Assembly (NCBI GenBank): GCA_963778115.1
Contig: CAVZSV010000004.1
Span: forward strand, 2,464,001-2,528,000
DNA from: an uncultured delta proteobacterium
GTDB taxonomy: Bacteria > Bdellovibrionota > FAC87 > UBA2466
DNA length: 64,000 nucleotides
Reading direction: 5' to 3'
The notes below the pieces were generated by a model. It did not search any database. It saw nothing but the letters and a program-made list of their open reading frames with translations, and was not told where the DNA came from. Positions 56,788 through 64,000 of this stretch are shown piece by piece (the stretch's first letter is position 1; each line of letters opens with the position of its first letter). The position numbers were made by a program, and so were the translations under genes.

Positions 56788-58179
56788 ATGAAAAAAATAC
56801 TCATCTCGGTTATTGGATGTCTTATGCTCTCAGTGGCATTGCCCCTCTATGGAGCCATGGAGCCCAAGTTCCTGGTGGAAGAGGATCCGACACTTTTGAC
56901 GACAGTTGTGAATGTTGTCGTTCAAACCGGTGCTGCCGATGACGGCCCTACCAAGAGCGGCCTCACTAATATTCTAGCCGAGCTCATGTTGCGCGGGACG
57001 AAGAAGAAAGACCGCACCCATTTTCAAAGTGAAGTGGAGCGGTTGGGGGCTTCGCTTGATGTCAATGTGTCGCAAGATCTCATTATTTTCCAAGGCAACG
57101 TCATTCAAGAGAATACTCAAAAGTTCTTAAAACTTCTCGAAGATGCACTCTTACACCCAGCCTTTTCTGAAAAGGAGTTTAAAGCCCTAAAAACTGAGGT
57201 TCTCGCCGAAATTTCAAATAAGAAAAATCAGAACGGCCGTTTGGCGGGCCTTGCCATTCGCAGGACGATGTTTGCCAATACCGTCTTGGAACATCAAGTG
57301 GATGGCGGAACCTCGACGATTCCGGGTATCACTCTGGATGATATTCAGAAGGCTTATAATGACAGGTTTCATCAGGGCAATATCTTTTTTGCCATCTCCT
57401 CTCCAGTGAAGCCGGACGAAGTGAAAGGAACTTTGGCCTCGGTGTGGCGGCAGTTTCCGGATGGTCTTAAAGTGTCACGTCGTTCGATTCCTCCACAAGC
57501 TCCCACGAAACCGCTACTAATCGTCGTCGAGAAACGGAATACTTCGACGGGCTCCATTTTTCAGGCGCAGCCTGGAATTACCGCTCAAGACCCCGACCGC
57601 TATGCCCTAATGATGGGGAATGAGGCCTTTGGAGGAAATATCCAGATCTGTCGGCTTTTTAAAGTGATTCGCGAGGAGGCGGGTTGGACTTATGCTATTT
57701 CGTCGACTTACGGGGCGACAGGGGGACTGACTTCACAGCAAGGGCTTTTTGCGATCGTTTACACGCCGTCAATGGAGTTTACCGCTAAAGCCCTTCTAAA
57801 AACGTTGGATATGTGGAGAAACTATTATGAGTCGGGATTAAAAAAGGACGAGTTATTGGCTTCGTCCGAAAGTCTCATCAACTCCTATCCCTTCCAATTT
57901 GATACGGCGGGAGAACGTTTAGGTCAGAAAATCCACAGCTACCTGTATAACGTGCCTATCTTGACGCCCGAGGAGTATGAGAAAAAACTGAACTCCATCT
58001 CTAATAAAGATCTCTTAAAGGCCATTAAGGCCCGCCAAATGGAAAACGGCTGGACGATCGCTATTGTTGCCGATCCCAAACAGGTACAAAAACTCCTGGA
58101 TGCCGAGCAAAAGAATATTCCTGAGGCGGATAGGCTTAAGATCGCCAAGGTGATTACGCCGGAAGAAGTGATTCAGTAG
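56788..58179 (+). CDS. M16-family non-catalytic partner subunit, exported
   Basis: GLTNILAELMLRGT (no HxxEH), RLFKVIREEAGWTY (R/Y pair); signal peptide. Confidence 0.88.
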   Translation: MKKILISVIGCLMLSVALPLYGAMEPKFLVEEDPTLLTTVVNVVVQTGAADDGPTKSGLTNILAELMLRGTKKKDRTHFQSEVERLGASLDVNVSQDLIIFQGNVIQENTQKFLKLLEDALLHPAFSEKEFKALKTEVLAEISNKKNQNGRLAGLAIRRTMFANTVLEHQVDGGTSTIPGITLDDIQKAYNDRFHQGNIFFAISSPVKPDEVKGTLASVWRQFPDGLKVSRRSIPPQAPTKPLLIVVEKRNTSTGSIFQAQPGITAQDPDRYALMMGNEAFGGNIQICRLFKVIREEAGWTYAISSTYGATGGLTSQQGLFAIVYTPSMEFTAKALLKTLDMWRNYYESGLKKDELLASSESLINSYPFQFDTAGERLGQKIHSYLYNVPILTPEEYEKKLNSISNKDLLKAIKARQMENGWTIAIVADPKQVQKLLDAEQKNIPEADRLKIAKVITPEEVIQ

Positions 58180-58183
58180 AGAA

Positions 58184-58613
58184 CTATTGCGGGTATTTTC
58201 CGTCTCGCGATGACAAAAAGACTGTCATTGCGGCCTCGCAGATTGCCCAGGTATCGTTAGCATCGTTCTTGTCACCTCTTCGGTACGGTTTTACGTACTG
58301 AGGCGCAATCATCATTACTTCAATTCCCGCTTCCTGAAATTGCCGGCCCCAATAATGCGCTCCTCCACAGGCCTCGAAGGCTACTTTCTTGGGCCTGGTC
58401 TGCAAAACCAGCTCCAGCAGCTTTCTCCGTGAGACCTTCCGATCCACAAGACAACGGCCTGACTCATCCTCACCGCGCACCCAAAAAATGTTCTTTGCCA
58501 AATCGATACCCATTAAGCTAACACCCTTCATTGGATCCCCTTTCTTTCATTTGTTTGCAAACTACAAACTGACTCTTTGCGAGCCGTTTGGAAAGGGAGG
58601 GGTCCATACCATT
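58184..58613 (-). mobile_element. truncated IS110-family (IS1111-type) element: left end plus DEDD domain
   Basis: ORF 58184-58531 has GIDLAK, FEACG, YVKPY, KNDAND, then loses similarity after EAA; left end AATGGTATGGACCCCTCCC resembles IS1111 sub-terminal IRs. Confidence 0.85.
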
Positions 58614-58665
58614 GAGGATCAAAGCCACGCGGCAATCTGTAGTTCGGTATGGCGAGGACCTGGAC

Positions 58666-59427
58666 CTAAAATACCTGCAGAAGCTCTTCTCGAAGTGCCG
58701 GCGTAAAGGACAGAAAACTACTGCTCTCAATCGTTCGCTTTCCTTCGAAATCGCAATAGTCTCCGCCCGCCTCTTGGATCAAGCAGGCTAAAGGGGCGAT
58801 ATCCCAAATATTGACGACAGGATCTATCATAGCGTCTACCGAGCCTCTCATAAGTAAAGAGTGGCCAAAACAGTCGGTGTATCCTCGACAAAGCTCGGTC
58901 TTCTCAATGAGAGATCGAAGCGCGTCACGTTGGCCAGCCGCCTCAAAACACGAGACGTCACCTACGGAAACTACTGCTTTATCCAAAGTCTTGATGGTCG
59001 AGACGTGAATCGGAGCTCCATTGCAGAAAGCACCCAGTCCTTTGGCCGCGAGATAGGATTCTTGAAGGGCTGGAAGAATCATAATCCCCACTACGGGTTC
59101 CCTATTTTTTAATAGCGCTAGTAGAGTGCCAAAGAGGGGAATGCCTCGCACGAAGCTAAGGGTTCCGTCGATAGGATCCACCGTCCATAAATATTCTGAT
59201 TCTTTGGAATCGTGACCAAACTCTTCGCCCAAAATTCCGTGCTCGGGAAAAGCTTGGCTCAATTCGTTACGAATCATCTCTTCTGTCTTTTTGTCCGCGA
59301 TGGTGACCGGAGTTCGGTTTTCTTTGAGTTCAATCAGTAACGCCTGACGAAAATAAGATAAGGCTATCTTAGAGGCCCTAGTGGCAATGTCATAGGCTTG
59401 ATCCAAGATTTCCGAGTATTCCGACAT
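58666..59427 (-). CDS. inositol monophosphatase family, histidinol-phosphatase HisN-like
   Basis: PVTIAD, ILGEEFG, WTVDPIDGT, WDIAP. Confidence 0.88.
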   Translation of the reverse strand: MSEYSEILDQAYDIATRASKIALSYFRQALLIELKENRTPVTIADKKTEEMIRNELSQAFPEHGILGEEFGHDSKESEYLWTVDPIDGTLSFVRGIPLFGTLLALLKNREPVVGIMILPALQESYLAAKGLGAFCNGAPIHVSTIKTLDKAVVSVGDVSCFEAAGQRDALRSLIEKTELCRGYTDCFGHSLLMRGSVDAMIDPVVNIWDIAPLACLIQEAGGDYCDFEGKRTIESSSFLSFTPALREELLQVF

Positions 59428-59458
59428 GCACGTATTTTAGTCGGACGACTAGCGGAAT

Positions 59459-60535
59459 TCAATGCTCCGATTGGTTATCTCCCTCCGGGAACGCAGGGAG
59501 GTGTACTGACTTGAAATAGGACTGATCGTAAGCCCGATGGTAGGCCGTCCAACGCGACCCGCTATTATCGTTTTCAATGAGCTGTTGTACGCTATTTAAT
59601 TTCGAATCCATATCGTCGATGTGGTGTATGAGAAGGGCCTCCAAAGTGGCTGGTTTCTTGGGGGAGCCATAGTCCAATCTTCCGTGATGGCTTAAGATGA
59701 GGTGTTTAAGCTGCCATTCCAGATCACGTGGAAAATCGGGTATCTTTTGAATCTCTCTGTCCACCAGAGTGACCCCGATAGTAATATGTCCCACCAATTT
59801 TCCTTCGTCGGTGTAGCCGATGCTAGTGCCGTAGGAAAGTTCATAAATTTTTCCGAAGTCGTGGAAAGCGGCACCAAAAATGAGCAGATTCTTGTCGAGC
59901 GCAGGGTACCAGGGGGAAATGGCATTTACTATCCGTATCAATTGTACTGAGTGGCTTAGGAGTCCACCGATAAAAGCGTGATGAATGGTCTTGGCGGCCG
60001 GGCAAACTTTGTAACGGCGAGCGATTTCGGGATTCTTAAGCAATTGCAATCCCAGATCTCTTACCCAAACATTGTCCAGACGTTCGAAATAACCCAGAAG
60101 CTCGTCATATAAGCTCTCCAGATCAAGTTCAGTCTTAGGAAGATAGTCCGCTAGTTGGATTTCGCTAAGAGGAACGGGGGCCAGGTGCTGGATCACAAGC
60201 TGCATGCGGTTTTGAAAACTAGAGGCCTTACCATTCACCGCAATGACGTCCCCCTCTTGAAAAAGGGCAGACGTCTCTTCTGCCCCTTCCCACATTCTAG
60301 TGTCCATTTCGCCGGTGCAATCGGAGAGCATCATCGAGAGAAAAGGTTTACCGTTGCGCGACCGTCCGAGATCTTTGCTTTTCACTAAGAACGTCGATCG
60401 GACGACATCTTGGGGCTTCAGATCTCTGATAAACACTTGTTTTTGATGTACGTTTTCCGTGCTTACCGAGTTAAAGTGGGTTTGGCCCGACGAATCGGGC
60501 GCTAAAGGACTTGGGGTAAAGAGGCTTTTTTCCAT
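59459..60535 (-). CDS. yhaM: 3'-5' exoribonuclease YhaM-like (OB + HD)
   Basis: OB fold, PAAKTIHHAFIGGLLSH, FHDFGK, GHI, LSHHG, DDMDSK. Confidence 0.9.
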   Translation of the reverse strand: MEKSLFTPSPLAPDSSGQTHFNSVSTENVHQKQVFIRDLKPQDVVRSTFLVKSKDLGRSRNGKPFLSMMLSDCTGEMDTRMWEGAEETSALFQEGDVIAVNGKASSFQNRMQLVIQHLAPVPLSEIQLADYLPKTELDLESLYDELLGYFERLDNVWVRDLGLQLLKNPEIARRYKVCPAAKTIHHAFIGGLLSHSVQLIRIVNAISPWYPALDKNLLIFGAAFHDFGKIYELSYGTSIGYTDEGKLVGHITIGVTLVDREIQKIPDFPRDLEWQLKHLILSHHGRLDYGSPKKPATLEALLIHHIDDMDSKLNSVQQLIENDNSGSRWTAYHRAYDQSYFKSVHLPAFPEGDNQSEH

Positions 60536-60667
60536 AGAGCCCTCGAATAGCCGTTTCACGGAGCAGTGTCAAAGACGTGATAGCTCGCCCAAATTCGCCA
60601 GGATCCAGTTGAATGCAAAGGGAAACCGCTATAAAGATAGGCCAGACTTTTATCGCGGGAGAGATTG

Positions 60668-61681
60668 ATGAAAAAGACACGAGTGGGAATTAATGGATTT
60701 GGTCGCATCGGCCGAGTTACGACGCGTCTGCTCTGGGAACGGCCTGAATTTGAATTGGTTGCGATTAACGATCTTACCCCTATCGACCAAAACGTCTTAT
60801 TGTTGAAGTACGACTCGGTTCACGGGCCATGGAAGCATTCGGTGGAAGCGGGGAAAGAATCGATGAAGATGGACTCCCGCGAAGTCAAAGTTTTCAGCCG
60901 GCGAGATCCGGTCGAGATTCCGTGGAGAGATTTGGGAGTCGACATCGTTATCGAAAGTACCGGCATTTTTACGTCCTACGAGGGCGCTTCGAAGCATCTT
61001 ACGGCTGGTGCAAAGAAGGTTATTGTTTCCGCTCCCGCCAAGGATGAAAAGATTCGAACCTTTGTGATGGGAATCAATCAAGACCAATACGATCCGGCTA
61101 AAGACAACATAGTTTCCAACGCCTCTTGTACGACCAATTGTCTCGCTCCTGTCGTGAAAGTGCTTAATGACAAATTTAAGGTACTCCGCGGTCTCATGAC
61201 TACGATCCACTCGTATACCAACGATCAACGAGTTTTGGATATCGGTCATCAAGACCCCAGGCGAGCACGAGCTGCGGCACTCAACATGATTCCCACTTCC
61301 ACCGGTGCCGCCAAAGCGGTAACTCTGGTAATTCCCGAACTCAAAGGGAAGCTAACGGGAACCTCGGTTCGTGTTCCGACTCCCAATGTCTCATTAGTCG
61401 ATTTTGTCGCGGATTTGGGCCGATCAACCACTGTTGAAGAGGTGAATAAAGCCTTTGTTCAAGCCTCTCTTGAAGGCCCCCTGAAAGGAATTCTGTCGGC
61501 GGAAACAGAGCCATTAGTTTCCTCGGATTTTAACGGTTCTTCTTTTTCCTCTCAGGTGGATTTGCTGTCTACCATCATAACGGACGGCAGCATGGTTAAA
61601 GTGCTTAGCTGGTATGACAATGAAACCGGTTTTTCGACGAGAATGTTAGATCTAGCCGCTTTGATGGCGAAATCGCTCTAA
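60668..61681 (+). CDS. gap: glyceraldehyde-3-phosphate dehydrogenase type I
   Basis: INGFGRIGR, SNASCTTNCL, TGAAKAV, WYDNE. Confidence 0.98.
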   Translation: MKKTRVGINGFGRIGRVTTRLLWERPEFELVAINDLTPIDQNVLLLKYDSVHGPWKHSVEAGKESMKMDSREVKVFSRRDPVEIPWRDLGVDIVIESTGIFTSYEGASKHLTAGAKKVIVSAPAKDEKIRTFVMGINQDQYDPAKDNIVSNASCTTNCLAPVVKVLNDKFKVLRGLMTTIHSYTNDQRVLDIGHQDPRRARAAALNMIPTSTGAAKAVTLVIPELKGKLTGTSVRVPTPNVSLVDFVADLGRSTTVEEVNKAFVQASLEGPLKGILSAETEPLVSSDFNGSSFSSQVDLLSTIITDGSMVKVLSWYDNETGFSTRMLDLAALMAKSL

Positions 61682-62895
61682 TGAAAACCTACAGAACGAT
61701 AAAGGATTTCGATCTCAAAGGGCGTAGGGTTTTTGTGCGCGTCGACTTTAACGTTCCTCTTAAACAGGGATCGGACGGAAATTACCATGTGGTTGACGCC
61801 GCCCGCATCGAAGGCGCTCTTCCGACCATCCGTTATATTATGGAGCAGGGGGGGAAATGCATTCTAGCCTCTCATCTGGGGCGTCCCGACGGAAAGCCAT
61901 CGAAGAAGTATAGCTTGGAACCGGTGGCCCTAAAGTTAAGCGAACTTTTACAGAAAGATGTCGTGCTAACGGAGGACTGCTGCGGCGATGGGCCTCGAGG
62001 GCTTTCCGTTCAGATGCGTCCCCAAGACGTGATGCTTTTGGAAAACCTGCGCTTCAATCCAGGTGAAGAAGAGAATTCGACAGAGTTTGCCAACCGACTT
62101 CTTGAACTGTGTGACGTCTATATCTCGGATGCCTTTGGGACGCTCCATCGCGCCCATGCCTCTACCTCGGCGCTACCGAAGCTTGTAAACGACCGGGGGA
62201 TCGGATTTCTGGTCGAAAAAGAGCTGCATTATTTGGAACCTCTCAGAGATAACCCGGCGCGTCCGTTTGTTTTGGTAACCGGAGGCTCCAAGGTTTCAGA
62301 CAAGATAGGAATTCTGGAGCATTTTATCGATAAGGTCGACACCGTCCTCATTGGAGGGGCGATGGCCTACGCCTTCTTGAAGGCTCAGGGCAAAAATGTC
62401 GGTAAGAGTTTGTGTGAGGAGAGTCAGGTCAAAGTGGCGGCCAAGCTTCTTAAGATGGTGGAACCTCGAAAAGTGAAAATTTTTCTCCCTGTGGATCACC
62501 TCGTGGCCCGAAGCCTTGCGGATACCTCATCGGCTAAAGTGACTTCCGGTGCCGATATCCCCGATGACATGATGGGAGTCGATTTGGGCCCCCGTACTCT
62601 TTTGGCTTACGGCTCACAGCTAACGAATGCTGAGACCATATTCTGGAACGGCCCCATGGGGGTCTTTGAAACTCCAGCCTTTGCGAACGGAACTTTTGAA
62701 ATGGCGCGGATGATTGCCCAGTCCAAAGCTAAGAAATTGGTCGGGGGGGGCGATTCGGCGGCAGCAATTGCCGAGGCCGGATGCGAAAACCAGTTCGATT
62801 TCATTAGTACCGGGGGTGGGGCGACTTTAGAATATCTAGAAGGTAAAGAACTTCCAGGTCTTAAGGCGCTTGAAGTTTCAGCCAGGTCCAGCTAA
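61681..62895 (+). CDS. pgk: phosphoglycerate kinase
   Basis: RVDFNVP, SHLGRP, LENLRF, HRAHAS, WNGPMG, STGGGA. Confidence 0.98.
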   Translation: MKTYRTIKDFDLKGRRVFVRVDFNVPLKQGSDGNYHVVDAARIEGALPTIRYIMEQGGKCILASHLGRPDGKPSKKYSLEPVALKLSELLQKDVVLTEDCCGDGPRGLSVQMRPQDVMLLENLRFNPGEEENSTEFANRLLELCDVYISDAFGTLHRAHASTSALPKLVNDRGIGFLVEKELHYLEPLRDNPARPFVLVTGGSKVSDKIGILEHFIDKVDTVLIGGAMAYAFLKAQGKNVGKSLCEESQVKVAAKLLKMVEPRKVKIFLPVDHLVARSLADTSSAKVTSGADIPDDMMGVDLGPRTLLAYGSQLTNAETIFWNGPMGVFETPAFANGTFEMARMIAQSKAKKLVGGGDSAAAIAEAGCENQFDFISTGGGATLEYLEGKELPGLKALEVSARSS

Positions 62896-62917
62896 ATCTG
62901 TCTCCAGGAGCCCAGTA

Positions 62918-63706
62918 GTGAACGAACGAATTCCCATTTTTGCCGCCAATTGGAAGATGAATAAGTTCATCGCGGAAGTGCCGGAGTACATTACGAGGCT
63001 AAAGGCTTTGCTGGCGGAGGTTCCTTTAAAGGCGGGTAAGGACTACGAAGTGGTCTTAGGAGCTTCGGCAACGCACCTTTTCAAGATGACTCCTTTGATG
63101 CAGGGGACGGGATTTGAGCTGGCCGCCCAGAATTGCGGAATTGCCAAGTTCGGCGCGTATACGGGAGAGGCTTCGCCGGCAGTGCTAAAAGAGCTGGAAT
63201 GTGACTGGGTCATTATCGGCCATTCCGAGCGCAGGCATATCTTTAAGGAAGAGGATGGCTTGATCCTGTCTCGAATTAGGGCGGGACTGGAAGAAGGGCT
63301 AAATGTCCTGTTTTGCGTGGGAGAGATTTTACAGGACCGCAAAGCGGGCAAGACGTTCAAGACCATCGAAACCCAACTCTCTATTTTGAAGCAGTCGCTA
63401 CCTCCCGATTATTTACGCCGCATGGCAATCGCCTATGAGCCCGTATGGGCAATTGGAACGGGAGAGAACGCGACCCCACAGCAGGCGCAAGAGGTTCATG
63501 CTTTTATTCGGGGATGGGTATCGGAAAAATGCTCTAGCGAGGAAGCTTCTAAACTTCGCGTGCTCTACGGCGGAAGTGTGAAGCCTGAAAATTCGTCCCA
63601 AATCATGTCCCAAAAGGATGTGGACGGTCTTTTAGTGGGTGGCGCAAGTTTAGATCCCGCCGTTTTCGCGGGTGTGATTAAGAATGGGCTTAAAGCCCGA
63701 TTGTAG
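62918..63706 (+). CDS. tpiA: triosephosphate isomerase
   Basis: ANWKMN, GHSERR, AYEPVWAIGTG, YGGSV, LVGGASL. Confidence 0.98.
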   Translation: MNERIPIFAANWKMNKFIAEVPEYITRLKALLAEVPLKAGKDYEVVLGASATHLFKMTPLMQGTGFELAAQNCGIAKFGAYTGEASPAVLKELECDWVIIGHSERRHIFKEEDGLILSRIRAGLEEGLNVLFCVGEILQDRKAGKTFKTIETQLSILKQSLPPDYLRRMAIAYEPVWAIGTGENATPQQAQEVHAFIRGWVSEKCSSEEASKLRVLYGGSVKPENSSQIMSQKDVDGLLVGGASLDPAVFAGVIKNGLKARL

Positions 63707-63714
63707 GAGACTTC

Positions 63715-64000
63715 GTGGCAATTATTATAGCAGTACACGTTTTTATCTGCGTGTTTTTGGTCATCGTTATTTTACTTCAACCGGGTAAAGGCGATGCCGG
63801 AATTGGATTTGGAAGCTCTTCAAGCCAGAGCATTTTTGGTAGCAAAGGGGCGGGTAACTTTCTCACGAAGACCACTTCGGTTTGCGCTATCCTGTTTTTG
63901 CTCACAAGTTTTATTATTACTCGCAGACAAGTTCGCACTCGCGAAGGTATCGATGTGACCGCGCAGCCAGAATTGCCTTCGGCCGCTCCAGCGACGCCGG
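63715..64000 (+). CDS. secG: preprotein translocase SecG (runs off the window)
   Basis: AGGAG then GTG; IIIAVHVFICVFLVIVILLQPGKG...SIFGSKGAGNFLTKTT; follows tpiA; not in the supplied ORF track. Confidence 0.92.
   Translation, partial: MAIIIAVHVFICVFLVIVILLQPGKGDAGIGFGSSSSQSIFGSKGAGNFLTKTTSVCAILFLLTSFIITRRQVRTREGIDVTAQPELPSAAPATP

Noticed and set aside
58532..58613. bridge RNA in the IS110 left end
   Set aside because: Only ~80 nt and IS1111-like, a group whose guide region lies downstream and is deleted here

Overview
A gene-dense bacterial chromosomal window. Protein content suggests a Bdellovibrionota/deltaproteobacterial-like organism (inference only). From ~9.6 to 51.4 kb lies a large, interrupted surface-polysaccharide region. 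It includes kdsA-kdsD-gmhB, wzm/wzt, tandem GT2s, two DegT aminotransferases, a WbpD-like acetyltransferase, three SIS/GmhA paralogues, two GmhB-like phosphatases, a GHMP kinase, a domain-swapped HldE-like enzyme, a dedicated transaldolase, an E1 alpha/beta pair without E2/E3 and an orphan acetylating acetaldehyde dehydrogenase. Together these point to an unusual higher-carbon and/or branched nucleotide-sugar pathway. Embedded in it is a glmS-metH-core methionine synthase (MesB-like) operon. The flanks hold sigma54-type promoters in front of orphan secreted proteins, an M3 peptidase and trxB. They also hold a lipoprotein / beta-barrel with Pro-rich tail / M16 heterodimer operon, hisN-like and yhaM-like genes, and gap-pgk-tpiA-secG. 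Two IS remnants (an HNH-leader/ISL3 chimera and a truncated IS110/IS1111) and several long intergenic hairpins are present. I saw no rRNA, tRNA or CRISPR array. All calls come from motif recognition by eye; no database searches were run.
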